64,000 bases of DNA from Phoronis australis (taxonomy: Eukaryota; Animalia; Phoronida). This document shows positions 13,001 to 28,000 of the stretch, piece after piece (position 1 is the stretch's first letter; the number at the start of each line of letters is the position of its first letter). The notes beneath the pieces were generated by a model, which was given only the letters and a program-made list of their open reading frames with translations, was not told the origin of the DNA and searched no databases. The stretch spans positions 275,645-339,644 of the forward strand of contig NMRA01000204.1 in assembly GCA_002633005.1 (NCBI GenBank), written 5' to 3'. A program made the position numbers and the translations under genes.

Positions 13001-16000
13001 TCCTCCGTTGCCCGCAATGTTCCTCAAAACTGCGATGTCAAGTCTATTCTGATATTTCCCGGCTAGATGCTCCCTAAGCCCATGCCCGTAGCTAGCTGCG
13101 TGAATCTTCTACCCACCATCGCCAATTTTCAATCAGTCTATGTCGTAGATATTTCAGACTCGAATAGTAAGAATTTTTGTTCAGGCTGAAACTGGCCAAT
13201 GTATAAACAAAATTATTCTGGATGGCGAAAAAGAGGATGTGGAAACGATAATTCACACAGTCACGCTTATACGTGGGGGCTGACGCAAGAAATAGTAAAG
13301 AACAGCCAGCGACATTAGTTAAATTTGCTAATGCCAGTTTGACCGAGATGCAATAAGCGAAAAACAAAATTTGACTAGCAGTTTTTTATTAACTCATACA
13401 CAAACATACATTATTGCCAACCTTTGAATTGCGAAATCGATAGGCAGCAACGAAATCGGTAACCCATTGAGGCACTTGTACTGTCCCTTCGGTCGCCACA
13501 CATCTTCTATAACCCGGCAGTTACATTCATCAAAATATTGAGAATTTGACATCTTTCCGTGAGTTGTGAGATTTGCTCAAAGTACGAGAGCTTCCCTGAC
13601 CTTAATAAAATTTGGAGGGTTGACAAAACCATTGTCACATTTCTCTGGCCTGATTTTTTCGGATATATGATTTATCTAGTGCACTACAGACGGAAACTCG
13701 GCGCGGCAGACAAAGTCGCTGAAAACGGAGATTTTGACGACGCGGCGTTCTTAAACTTTGCAAACATGGGAAGAAAAGAAAGTGACAAAAACGTTCAAAT
13801 ATTTTATTTTGAAATGAGCCGATGACCCTAGACAATAACTCGTTACTTGTATAGTAATTCACATTGCTAAACCACCGTTTGGGAGGCCCGGAGTCGTTGC
13901 GCTCATTTGTGATCATCAATCTTTTCTAAAAGTCGGGGAATCGCGTGTTTCCTTAGCACTGGGCGCTAAATCTTCATTCTTTAAAAATCGGGGATGTGCG
14001 CTTAACCGAGAGGTGGGCGCTTAACCGAGAGGTGGGCGCTTAACTGGAAATCTTCAAAAATCGCAGGGGGGCGCTTAACTGAGCAGTGGGCGGTTAAATC
14101 GAAAATCCACCTAAAATAGGGGGTGGGCAGTTATCTGAGCATGGGCGTTAACCCGAACGTTTACGGTAACTTGCATGACTGTTGACAGTTACAAATTCTC
14201 CTCACAGGGTTCTATTGTTTTTATTACGTACTCATTGATGGAATTATCTCCAATGTTTTCAAGCTCTTTAAATAGGCAAATCTATGGACCACTTTCTCAG
14301 TTTACACATATAGTAGGTGTTTACAATGCTGTAAAGGCAATAAATTATTTTCTTGGTTTTAAAGCACACTTCCCACTTCTTTCAGAGTTACTTTGGTGCC
14401 ACTGTGTCAGACTCATTCACTTCTGATATCACACCAATCATCTTGGCTGCCCACAGAGACAATTATGAGATTATAAAGGTTCTACTTGACAGAGGGGACC
14501 GTATCCCCAAGCCCCATGATGTACAATGTTCGTGCAAAGACTGTGTTCTCACATCATCGGAGGACATACTCCGACATTCGAGGTCCCGGATCAACGCATA
14601 CCGTGCACTAGCCAGCCCATCACTCATAGCGTTGTCTAGCAAAGACCCCGTCTTGACTGCTTTTGAACTCAGCTGGGAGTTGAAAAGGTTGAGTAATATT
14701 GAAAATGAGTTTCGATCAGAATATCAGAAGTTGGCTATGCAGTGCCAGAACTTTGCTGTGGACTTGCTTGATCAGACGCGAGGATCTAAGGAGTTGGAGG
14801 TTATCTTGAATCACGACACAATGGGGCCGGTGTCCGAGGGAGGAGAAAGTCGAATGACACTTAGTCGGCTGAAGCTTGCTATTAAGTACAAACAGAAAAA
14901 TGTGAGTATTGTTTGAGTCAGCATAGGGTATCGGACATGGTGCTTAGGTCTCCAAGTGCTGACTGTAAATTCAGTTCAATGAATATCCAGAAGAAGAAAT
15001 TGTTGATTTGTTATTGGTTGTAGTGTATGTAAATGGTGTAGTTATGAACTTTGACCCCAGATTACCACATATATCCTGAAGATGGGAGGTTTCACTTGTA
15101 GTCTTTACACTTCATAAATCGCATGAAAGTCCTTGTTACTAGCTGTGGTTCCAGTAATTAAACTCATGCCTCTAAATTTTGCTCACATCAACATGTGCTT
15201 ACGTGTTGTTTATGAGGAAAGAACTATATATCCGTGAGAAACTCATTTGTCAAATTCTTCAGTTAATGCCTTTTTCACACATTTTTATAGCAGTGGATGT
15301 ATTTTAACCCCCGGAGAGTCTGAAGAAAGTACATAAGTGGTATTTCACATTTTAAAGGCTTAGGCTGCTGAATCTTCCATGTGACACTGAAGTGTGGGCT
15401 GATCTAAACAACAATAGTAAGCAGTCAGGCCTTTGAATTGTAAAAGCTTTAAACCTGGGATTTTGAAAGCAATCTTCACAATGTTATTTAGCATAGTTGA
15501 ATTCCTCTCGGATTTCAAAAAATGGTGAACTATTGATTGTAAATGGAATCAGAAGGACTTACTGACTGATGATTACATTTGCATTTTTTTTAGTTAAGGG
15601 AATCTGGACGTACAATAGACAGTTTCATTATAGGCTGGGCAAATGTATTGGTCTGGATTTTCAAAAGGCTTTGCTGTAAGAAGCTGTAACTGTGGAAAAT
15701 CTCATTGGTATTCTCAGGCTTGAGAAATAAGTACACTGATTTGATGAGAATGCCGGTGGGTTCTGTCCAATGGGTGCAGTAGTCCAGTGGGTGCTGTCCA
15801 TGAAGGAGCAGGAATTTCTTACCTGTATGGTGAAATGCTACCAAATAGTCAGCATTTCTAGCTGTGGTTTGCATTCTGTCTTACTGTCCATTGGTTCAGT
15901 GACTTGACTTGTCTTTTATTCTTTTCAGTTTGTGGCTCATCCCAACTGCCAGCAACTACTAGCCTCACTGTGGTATGAAGGCCTTCCAGGATTCCGTCGG

Positions 16001-19000
16001 TGGAATATAGGCATCAAAGTGTTTGTGATATTTGCCTTTGGACTCATGTTCCCCATTTGGTCACTGTTGTACATCGTTGCACCTAAGAGTCGACTCAGTA
16101 GTTTGTTGCGAAAGCCGTTTATGAAGTTCATTAGTCACGCTGCGGCTTACTTCACTTTCTTGTGTAAGTCTTCTTTAAGCTGCATGGTAAAAACAATGCA
16201 TTACGGGCATGGCTGTTTAAAACCAAGTAGGGGTAATAAAGCAATTTTCTTGTAAGCCACTGTCATAAACCCTTTCTTAAGCTGTGTTTGCTTGTAAGTA
16301 CAGGGTCTTCTAAACAGACATTAGCTGGGTTACGACAGGGGAAACATAATTTAAGTGCCGTCTACCCATAGACTTACCATTACATGTAGAACAAGCTACT
16401 CTTGGAACAATTTGTTGCTTGATTTGGGGGCTGTTTGGATGCCATTCAAACTGATGCAACTTTCCCCACTTGTGACATCTTCACCTTTTTGAGTTAGGGT
16501 AACTTGTTCTAGGGCAACTTGCGTTAATTCGAATCGCTGTGTGGCCATATTTACTAATAGTAGATATTAGTGCTTCCGCACAAAGTTATGCCACTGGACT
16601 CAAGTTTACGCCTGTATTTATTATAATCCCATGTTCTGAAGAAGAGTAAATTTAATACCCGAAAAAATTCAGTCCGGTAGTGAATGAAGGTTCCCACTGA
16701 GGCCGCTTGAGGCCAATAAAAAATGTTATGTTGAGCGGAAGTAGTTCAGGACCTTAAGACAGTTAACACTGGTCAAATTCAAAAAGCCGAGAGTGATGAC
16801 CAGTGATGATCGTTGTTGATTTACAGCTGGTAGTCACCTGAGAAGCCACCCAAAACTTAACAGTCGGACACTTTAGTGAAACATCACCCCTGGTGCTGGA
16901 ACCAAGTTGTCCATCATAGAATCATTTTTATGCACCCACACATTTAATTTTTTGCGTCCACGGATGCATCTCTTTTACCTTTTGCTAAAAATCAGTTGAT
17001 ATTTTCCTATCGAGATGACAACAAATTACGGCAAGTTTCAGACCAATCCAAATACAACTGTGCTCCCTAGTGGCAATTTTATTTTTTACGTTTGCCTCTG
17101 TAACTTGATGCTTTTTCATGACATTTGGCCAACAAATTTCTATAATGAAGCGACAGCACCTATCCTTTTTGTGATGTATTCAATGTGGCTAGTTGCCATT
17201 TTAATTATTTTTAGTCTCTTCTTTGTTGTCTGTTTCTGTATCTGCCAAACTACGCAGAAGATCATTATGGAAATAGGCAGTTGCGTTCCTATTGACAAGA
17301 GCATGACTGACATAGATTTTCAAACGGGTCCAACTACTGTCACTTGGTACCCCTTGTGACATTTTTTCGCATCTCCTAAATCCTTTGTTAACTGTTTTTA
17401 AAATTTTGCAGTTGTATTCCTATGAACTTGACAGCAGATGGACGGATTCGACTTCTGCATTTTGTTTTTTTATGTTTGACTTTGTATCTTCGGAGTTGTT
17501 TGGCGGATTTTCATGAATTTTGGCAAATTAAATTATGAGAGACGACACTGTCCCATATTTGGATGCCTTCAATGTATTCTGCGCCATCTGGTGGCCATTT
17601 TTATGATACAAATAAACACCCCTAGAAGCACGCCATTTGCAGTGCAGTCGTGGGCACATTTCAATGCCTCATGTTGCTCTAATACAATGTAATTACTTAA
17701 TTGAACTACATCTTCTATGTGTTATTTATCAGCAAGGTTGTCAGATGTTCTTTATTAACTAATTAATATTTTAAAAATAAATTTACCTTACATTGAACCA
17801 GCTGGTACACCGTCAAATTAATTAATGATTAATCAATTTAAAATATCCAATTAACAAGTGGAACATTGAGGGCTGTCTGATTTTAGTCGTATTACCTACA
17901 GCTTTGTTTGCAGATATTTACTTTTTATTCCTTTTTTAATTATAAGGAAAACTATAAATTCCTTTATGTAACAAATATCCATGCGTTAATAAACTGCCCA
18001 AAAATTCCAGTGTTGAATATTTTCAAACCTTTCTTAAGTTGTCCATGTAAGATTTTTGCGATATGTACCCACTGATTTCTTGTGAGGATTCGAAAGCTAA
18101 AGAATAGGATGGCCAAGTTGTTCTTAAGGCCTTTCATACTAACATGGACGCGACGATGTTTTGGGGAGTTGGGGTCAGTGTGAATGCATGGTTAAGTTTT
18201 GTCCTGGGTCAAAGTTATTAGCGCCAGTTAACTTTGCAGTAAACAGGTGGATTTAACAGTTGAGCGTCGAAGCTGTGGTGGGATATGAATGGTTAACTTC
18301 TGTCTCCTTGAAGTTATTGCCAGGGTCACTTCCATTGTCAGCAATTAAAGGGCAGTGTTGTCGCTAAAGTTGCTTATATTTTGCTCGAATAATCACCATC
18401 GAATTAGAACTAAGTTTTATGTCAAGTAGCACACATAAATGTTCTTAAATTGTCGCATTAGAAAGTCTTAGCACGCACGGGATGCATCACCTCGCAATTA
18501 CTTCGATGCCGTTAACTACTGAAGTTGGTATGAACGATTCCATTAATTTCGCAGTTTATATCGACGCTTTGCTCATACCAGAGTTAAGTTAGTATGAAAG
18601 GGCCTATAGAGAGGATATTGACTGTACTCGCGCTGACTTTTTACTCAATGAATTTTGTTTGAAGGAATTACAGTATCTGTCCGGTAATGACAGCCTATGG
18701 CACTTAAACTTAGAATCAGATGGTGGACACCAAGGTGAACATGGATGTTAAAAACAGACTTTTTGTAGGGCTGGGGGCTTACCCAATGGTAAGCGAGCTG
18801 CACACTCTTTGGGAGATAGAATTGTGATGGAACGTTAACGTTCATAAAGACACAGGCACTTCTCCTTGTAATTTGGGGGTGGGCAGTAAACTCAGCAGGG
18901 GTATTTACCCACTTAAGTATTGAGACTTAGGTGAGACATCACAGACAACATCATATGTGACTATTGGTGAAAAAATGTGTAGACAAGGTCTCCTCAGTTT

Positions 19001-22000
19001 ATCAGTCTGATTAGATGACTTAAATGAGTGTCTGGTGTGCACAGCAAGATACATGAACTATCTGACAAACGTACAAACTGTGGATCACAGTGCTTCGTGT
19101 CAGCCTCTAAGCTTAAATCTGATGATGTTAAAAAGATGTGTGGGGTGTGACACTTTTTAAGTCATAATATTTTTAACGCTAGTATGTAAGATGAAAAGCA
19201 AAGTTGGTTCTGGTCTTTTCCTGACTCATTTTGAGACCTGCGCTTACCAATTAATATTTTAAAACCTTTGTTTGACCATGTTTCAGTTTTTAACCGTATT
19301 GTCCTTTTACAGCACTGTGCAATGCATTTTTCTATGTTCGTCTTTCACTGAATCAGATGTCTAGGTTTTATATCATTTATAATCAGTCTATAAAACCAGC
19401 CTTCCATTGCAATTGAAAACCAGCACTTGATTTGAGCTATTTAACATTGTGAAATTGGATTCAAATTGCTCCTTAAGTCAAATTAGAGGTGATTTTAAGG
19501 CTTTGAATGAACTCAACTGACAGCTCGTGCTTAGACCAGGCTGTACTAGTTGTCTCAGCTTGTCATTTTTGTGCTGTCAGCATGGCCTCAGAAATAATGA
19601 ACTGTCAGTTGTTAGCGAGCTCTAGAGTCAGTTATGTTCCCTTGACTTAAAACCACTTTCATTGCAGTTAAGTGGTCAGAATTAAAGGTACCCTTCTTTG
19701 ACAGAACACAGGTATAGCCGCGCACTTGAACTCATGCATGCTTTTTGACAAATTTCTTGCTCCACTTGCAAAAAGTAAATCTCGTCTTCCGTTTATTTCA
19801 GTCTTGTTAATACTAACGTCTCAGAGACTAGAAAGTTTGTTAGAGCTGCAGCCTCGCAATTCATCAACCACCATTAAAACAGAAAAGCGTGGAGCTCCAC
19901 CAACCATCATTGAATGGTTGGTAATTGCTTGGGTGGCAGGTAAGATTGTAAACTAAACTGGTCGTCATTCATTTTTGGATAGACGGATTTAAGGTTGGCC
20001 CAGGAAACTTCCGCATGACCGCGTTCTTCCATTCAGTGACTTTACCAGAGGTTGAGGGTTGTGAGCGTTAGATAACATCTAGCTCCTTTGTTAACTGCCA
20101 AGCACAGTCTTTTGTCTGTTATGACATCAGGCAGGCCAATTATCTACACCGGGATTATTATAGACCACGTGTGAACAGTCAAACTTAGAGTGAATTGGTA
20201 CATTCGGAAAGAATAGATTGTCGTAACTTCGGTTGTAGTTGGGCAATTTTAGCAATTCAAAAACGAAGCATGATCAGCACTTGACGAGGAATTCATCAAT
20301 GCTATTGGTTTATGTTCAAATATGTTATAACAAAACTTTTATTTTTAACAGCACAGCCAAGTCAGGCTAGATAGGATCTCATTGGAGATTAGAGCAATTA
20401 TCGAACAAAAGAGCTAGCCCTCCAACCATGAATGCCAGAATGGATTTAATCAGTCGTGCAAGATATTGGCTACAGGGGTCACCTTCCCAACTTGTTGTTG
20501 GGCTATAGAAACAAACAAGTTGGGATCAACGAGAAAATGCCATAATGCACTACTGATGGGCTCTTATGACCAAAAACGACACTTCAGGGTTACTAATACT
20601 GCACTTCATTCTGAAATTTTGCCTTGTCCCATTTGTGCGTGGATCATTGACCTGCCAATGTGTTATGCGTGACAGTTGTGTGTCTATATGATCCTGTCAT
20701 GCACTCTCTCTCTATCCACAATGATAAGGCCTGAGTCCAACTACCCCAGTATCCAGTGTTGGCAAATTCAGGCAGACTCCTGGCTGTAATCTTTCTTTGG
20801 ACTGAAATGGCAGGGGTAGTCTTATATGGAATATGTTTAAGCTAAACTCCACGATCTATTGTGCACTTGCAAATGGCGAAGGCTTACTAACCCAACAACT
20901 CTCAGGCACCCTCTATTTGCCAAGTGATTTCAGACATTAGGCCAAATGGAAGCTGGGGGTGACTCTCACTACAATCATAGTGACAGTCTTACCTTTTGGT
21001 CCTCACCTCAGTACGTTTAAGCATGAACATTGTAAAATCATTCCTGCCATGCAAGTTAGTATATCGTTCCTAATCTTAATTCTATAAAAGAAAACTGAAA
21101 TATCGAGACAACAGTACAAACTGATGAGATGGCTTTAATTCTGGTCTTCATTGTTTCATTTTCCAGGTTTGATATGGGCAGAAATCAAACAGCTGTGGCA
21201 TGAGGGTGTCGTCGAATACATCCATGACATGTGGAATTTGTTGGACTTCACCACCAATGCACTGTACGTCGCCACTATTGGCCTTAGAGTTGTGGCTTAC
21301 TACCGGGTAGGTTGTCATCTTACAGTAGAATTTAACACTCACTGGCCGGTGCCATGGTACCATGAAGACATTATCACGAACGGTTGAGTGGCAAGTCTGT
21401 GAGTAATTGCATAATTACTGTGTAATTGAGAAAAAAATTATTGATACCATTAGAAAGAGCAATCCTTAATTGACAACAGAATTAATTTTTTGTTGGGATA
21501 CATGGCGTGATTGTAGTTTGAAAATGTTGATGCCAAGGCACACTATCGGAAAATTAATTTCCTCACATGCACCAGGGTGTACCATTGATATATAGATGGT
21601 GCTGGAGTCAAAATATACAGCCTCGCATAGGCAGTGCGTACATTTCAGCATCTCGAGAATAACTTGATCAAACCATGGGAAAGTCTGTTTCTGAAATGCA
21701 GCACATTTAATTCCGCTACCCAATTGGTTGATCCTACTTCTGCAAGGGTACCGACAAAAACGCGAATTATCAAACTTGTCATGCCAAAATGCAAACTTGT
21801 TGCTGTGATGTGCGCTTAGAAATGAATTGCCGGCTCATGTAAAATTAACCAGGTATTTAGAAACCGACATTTTTGTGCTGCCAACAGAATAGGAGTCGCC
21901 ATGGTCGCGACTTCATAAACAGTCAGTTTCAAACCCTGGCCACTCTGTGAATAGGGCCTACAGTCTGTTATTCAGTCTTGATCTGGTAAGGAAGTAAGAT

Positions 22001-25000
22001 ATTGCGTATCTTTGTTTAAGAATTAACATTAGGGAGAAACGATCACTGCAAGGTATACTTTTAATATTTTTGATGAAAATTTTATTTTGTGTTCCATCTT
22101 AACACAGATGAAAGGTGATTTTGGTCTTGCAAACTGACTGTTTGTCATTACTTGATGTTGTGCCTTAAATGACATTTCCCAGCCTGCAACTGCTTCTTAC
22201 TTGTTGGAATTACAGTAGACACTTACCACAGTGCCTGACCTGATGATGGGCTTCTTGTGTTTGAAGGTTAGGGAACAGAGATGGGTGTGAGGGATATTAC
22301 CGCTGCCTGTTCTTGGCAACATTTTTCCCCACCCATTTTAGACACTGCGCGCTATGAAAACTGAATTAGTCATTAAAAGTTAAACTTTTTCATTTTTGAA
22401 CAACAAAATTTTGTTAAATTTCAACAGAAGAAAAGGGGTATACATGGACGGCGCACTTTAGGGGGTTGGGGACTATAGCCCTCCACTTATTTCAGTGCTG
22501 TGCCACCCACGAGCATTGCAACTACTGTCTTGTTGAGATGTCCCAACCTCTATTATGTAACCAGTGCCTGAGCAAAACAATGTAGCAACTTGACTTTGTG
22601 TTTATCTAACCAAAAAACATAAAAATATGTAAATAGTAAAGAGCATTTTTAATAGCTTTTTTGTTGTGTTCATATTTTACAAATGACCGACTTCATCTGA
22701 GAATTATTTGTTCATGACACAATAAACGCATGGGGGATTAGTCTGCGCCAGGAACGGATTTTGTTCGTGTTGGATTAGAGATATTAAATTAACCCATTTT
22801 TCAGATTTAGCTCTTGTAAGCATCCGTGGTTATGATCTTTTTGAACCATGGCAGATAATTGGCTTGTGAGTAGTGATGATGGACAAAAGACCGCAGGAAC
22901 ACGTAATGGTGGACAGAGATTGCATTGGATCTAGATAATTATAGCCTTCATTTGAAAGTCGCAGTCGTCTGGAGTTGGAACCACATGGGGGATTTTTGTG
23001 ATGAGCAAATTCATATTTATGCAATGCCATTGACATACTAAAAACTGCTTGTTTTGAACCATTGATAAGTGTAGTCTCCTAGTACAAAAAATGGCCATCA
23101 TGATTGACTATAAAACACTGTTTTAATGTACTGCTAATTTAATCCACAGGAAATGTGACATATCGATTCCACCACATGTAAATGGACGTAACAGGGCAAT
23201 ATGCCAGGCAAAATAAACTTTTAATAGTCTTGATGATAGTTTGTTTCTGGCTTATCTGTGCATATTATCCCAGGATTATTAGAGCTAATGTTACGTGATA
23301 GTAAAAAAGGGATTTCCAAGTCTGTGTCAATAGCAATTAATTTTTATCATCCGCCGTACGTCTTTATGACGCACAAAGAATCCCAGGGCATGCAGTAAAA
23401 AAATATGTCATTAATTTCTGAAGGAAACCTTGAGTAATGGCACATCACATCACAGCTTTTGTTAGTTGCTCACCTGCACTGCCTTATTCATTGTTTGAGG
23501 CCTAATTAAAATTTAAGCTGACCAGTAACGTCTGTAAAAGCGGTAGGTTCATGAAATTACCTTTGCAAAAGGATGCGTTGGTTTCTGGAAGAAAACCCTA
23601 AAGAGGGTGAGTTTTTCGTGGAAAGTCTCCCCTTTTTCAAGAGGGTGGGCATCCTAAGTTTTTCAGCTGCTCCTCCCCGCTTGGTTTCACCTCCAGACGA
23701 CAGTGGTTTCTAAACCAAAGGTGAATCCAGGGGCCGTGATCTAATCTACTTGAAATCAAGCTCGAAATTTTTTTTGGCATTTTCCCTTTTCAGTACTTTT
23801 GTGCAAAGGTGAGATATCCGCTAGAGTACATTAAGGTTTATGCAAATAAGTTCTTAGTCCAAGTCCACATTTGATGACCCTTATAGGTTTGAACTAGAAA
23901 CTCATTACAAGTGAAAACTTGAGATTTCAAGTAAAATCTCTGAATCTAAGTCCTCCAGCACAGTGCCCAAAAATACATGGCTCACAAACTAACATGGATC
24001 TGCTACTGGCGTAATTGATAAAAGCTGAATGGAACCATATGAAGACAATTGACCTATCGCATGCTCCGCCCCCTTTTGAAAGGTCGACAAACAAGCAATA
24101 AGTTTTAACCGGCAAGCCGCATTGCGTGTCAGGTAAAATGGCAGCTTGGAAACGAAGGTGTGTCAAGAATGCTGTGTTCTAATTGGTCAGTTAAGCCGTC
24201 AATCAAAATCCTGGCGACAGGTCAATTCCTTATGTAACCTGCCTTGGTTAAACTCATGTTACATGCTAAACCTCATGTTATACGCACACTTTGAGCTTAG
24301 GTGTTTCGTCAAATGGAGTTTGTTTCTGTGATGCAAAGCCTTTTGATAGCCACTTTAAATGCTGTACACTACGCTCTTTATTGATTAATTCAAGTTTCAT
24401 TCCCGTGCAGGTAAACTATCTGGAGAAGGGTGAGTTCCGCCATGTTCCGCGTAGCGAGTGGGACGCCTATGACCCCAACCTCATCGCTGAAGCTCTTTTT
24501 GCTGCGGCCAACATTTTCAGTACCCTCAAGCTCGTCTATATCTTCACCATCAACCCACAGATGGGGCCACTGCAGATCTCTCTCGGTCGCATGGTGGTGG
24601 ATATCTTCAAGTGGTTTGTTGTGTTTGCACTGACTCTATTCTCATTCGCGTGTGGTCTGAACCAGCTCTACTACTACTACCAGTCGGTGCGTAACACACA
24701 GTGTGAGAAGGACCCGAGTGATTCGCAGTGTGAAAATGACAGCTTTTCGAAGTAAGTTTTTGACATATGGTTTTAGTATTCAAAACGTAACAGATAGCAA
24801 TTGATGAATGTCAATGTTCCAATTTAAGTGAAGGTGTTGAAATTTCGTATGTTTGAGAAAGGTTTGTTTACATTAATTAATTCAATCAGTGTCACAAAAC
24901 GTCCTTTACTGACGTGTTTACAGCTAGCCTGTTATGGGACAACCCAACCAAACTAACCCAAGATCAAATGATACACATTATTTTCTGGTAAATTCCCTTG

Positions 25001-28000
25001 TTATGTCTAAGTGATTTGAAAAGATTTTTTTCTCAGTTGACTCAGTTGCTTTCATGTTATATTACTTTTATGCACCCATATATACATTAAATTATGTGGG
25101 TGTATAAATTGCTGATCTCTGTAGGTGTTGGCTGTTGTATCACTTAAACCCCTAGCAGAATCTTCACAAAGTTAGGCAAATGGGATTCCTTAATGAAGAT
25201 GACAACAGAAGACGGGAATTTTTGTTTTTCATATATGCCTCGTTATCAACCCAGTTCCTTGAGAGATTTTTATGTTTTCAAAAAATTTCTGTTGAGATGA
25301 TGGCGATGATATCGTCTTAAATTTGACTGGATTCAACTTATTCTGCACCTCCTACTGACCAATTTCATGCGTCCATCTCTCTGTTGGTTAAATCACTCAT
25401 TATCTATCTATCAAGTTCAGTGATAGATCTTCATGAAATTTGACAAATGACTTTTCATGAAGGAGACAACACTCCACCTGCTTAGTTTTAATTGAATTCT
25501 ACCTATTGTACAACCTTTAGTAGCCATTTTGAATATGTTCATGCCATTAGAAACTTCGTCAATAGATTTGTACACAGATGGCAGTTGACAGAATCCTTGG
25601 ATATCAGGAACACTGACCTAGCTTCTTTTGTGTGGAGCAGGGCAATTTCCACATTAACGATGACTTCTGGGCAATATAGTACTGGCTGTTGTAAATTAAA
25701 CAACCGTGGATAAAAACCGTCTGGCGATATTTAGGTTTCTTTGACTTCTGAAATTGAATTCCCTGTGGAAAGTTTGTTGGGATGTTTTTTTTCCGGAGAA
25801 ATTCAATAAGTGTTAGCCAAAAGTGATGTCATCGTTTCTATTTGCGTAACTGCAGTACGTAATCGGTTGCAAGAATGCTTCACAGTTGACTACTAAGGTT
25901 TTTCTCTGATCTTGGAATGTGCTTTCGTCTCGAGTTGGAAATGCACGGGTGACATTGGTAATGTCTTTTTTGGCATCTGTCTGCCTAGTTGCCAACTGCT
26001 TGAAAAATAATCCTGAAATTTGGCAGACGTGTTTGAGGAGAATATGACCAACATTAATTTTGGGACCGATTTACTGTCAGTGGCAATTTTAGTTTTGTTC
26101 ATATTTGCACAAATATTGAATATCAAATTCTTTTTTTATTAAGTTTTGGACTGATGTTACAAGTTGCCGTTGCCTCTGCCTTTTATCTTCAAAGAAGTTC
26201 TGCGATGGATCTTCATGAAATTTGACCTACGTATTTCGAGAGCAGAGCCTGTTCGTATTGCATTTTGGTCGTGACAGACCGACCCGAAAAACCTCGCCTC
26301 ATTTTCAGATAGGTGGAAATTCCTGAAAAAACCACAAACCTTTGTTTGGCCAGTAGCATGCGATTTCACGCCTATACACATTATCNCCCCCCCCCGAATA
26401 GGTAATAAAACAATTGAGAAATCTTTGATAAAAGCATGTCAAGTCTATAGTCCCTGTAACCTCTGAGATGCTATCATGGACATTTCGCGTTATGTTGCAA
26501 ATGGATCCATCTTCCATGGAAAATACTGAAACATGAACACTCCTTATATTTTTTTGCCATTTGCAATGCACACCCCCATGGGCGCATGTCAACATCTTCA
26601 TTGCTCTTTATCTTGTATCAAGCTCTACCAAATACCCTAGCTTTTGTAGCTGTTGTGCTCATGTAATACGGATTGCACCTCATTCCTGGTGGAACATGTT
26701 TTCTTGTCTAAACCAACTTCTTTCCGTTTCAGCCTGTTCCAAATAATGCAGACTCTCTACTGGGCTATCTTTGGTCTTGTTGAGCTTCAGAAAACAAATC
26801 TGTCCGTCCGCGACCACAAGTTTACGGAGTTGATCGGGAAGCTCATGTTTGGGACATACAGCTATGTCGCCATTATTGTCCTTTTGAATATGCTAATTGC
26901 CATGATGAATAACTCCTATCAACTCATCTTTGTAAGTATTGACATAGATCAGCATGTAAAATTTGGCAGATGTTGTAGCACCATTTTGTTCCATGAGGAT
27001 ATGGCCTAGGCTAACATTTGGGGTGTTGTTATCCCAAAGCTTATAAGCTAGCTTTGGCCAGAGTGTGACTAAATTTTCCTAATCGATTCACAAATTATCG
27101 CACATGGCTTAGCCAGGTTGCTGAAGAAATTGTATTTGCTAATTTCTCTTATTATGCAGCAATTTTAAAAATTCGAAGACCATTAATAAAACTTTTCAAA
27201 TTTAAGAACAGTCATGTTGGTTGTTTGCTTTAGTATTGTTCATTTTATGCCTTTGAAACTAGTATACTAAACAGGCACTGTTGGTTTATAACCACTGTGA
27301 CAATTATCTCATCCAATACACATTCAGCCAAGCCCATGAATAAGAGCTAGCTCACTTCAATCTTTGACAGAGGCCATCAATTAGCCTTTGAAGTGTCAAG
27401 GAATTTGCTTGTTAACTCTGGTGTACAGGGCACACGTTCTCATCTACTTGCATGCAAATCCTGTTAGCAAAAGATTTGCCTAGTGCACAAGACAAACTGG
27501 AAAATTTTCACCAGAAGTTATCTCTACAATTACAGTATCAGCTAACAATATGGTCTTCATGTAGACTTAGTTCTCCTTTTGGATTGTAGGACAAAGCTGA
27601 TACCGAATGGAAGTTTGCTCGGTCACGGCTATGGATGAGCTACTTTGATGAGGGCTGCACAGTTCCGGCTCCTTTCAACATCATCCCCACACCCAAGTCT
27701 ATCTGGCACTTGTTGTGTTGGCTCAAAGACCTCTTCTGTCGCTGTACTCCCAGACACAAAAAGAGTAGATGGCAAAGTATACGCGTAAGTTACGTGTCTA
27801 GCAATTGGTTGCCATATAGTTTTTAACTTGTTTTTTTTTTAGATTAAAAGGAGGCAATTAAGTCTGACATAACGTGCCTGTATTTTGAGAAACAGTTTGT
27901 TGCTTATTGTTAATTGGAGAAAACTGGTTCTCAAAATTTGGGCACGATATATCAGTCACTATTGCTTTAAAAGGCTACTAAACCATGTTTTGATGATTTC

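Noticed and set aside
12048-13919. Many short ORFs inside the TIR element
   Set aside because: None shows DDE/D or HTH transposase motifs; they are expected from the higher GC content.
26386-26386. Single N bases (26386, 44904, 61830)
   Set aside because: Assembly ambiguities in introns, not biological features.
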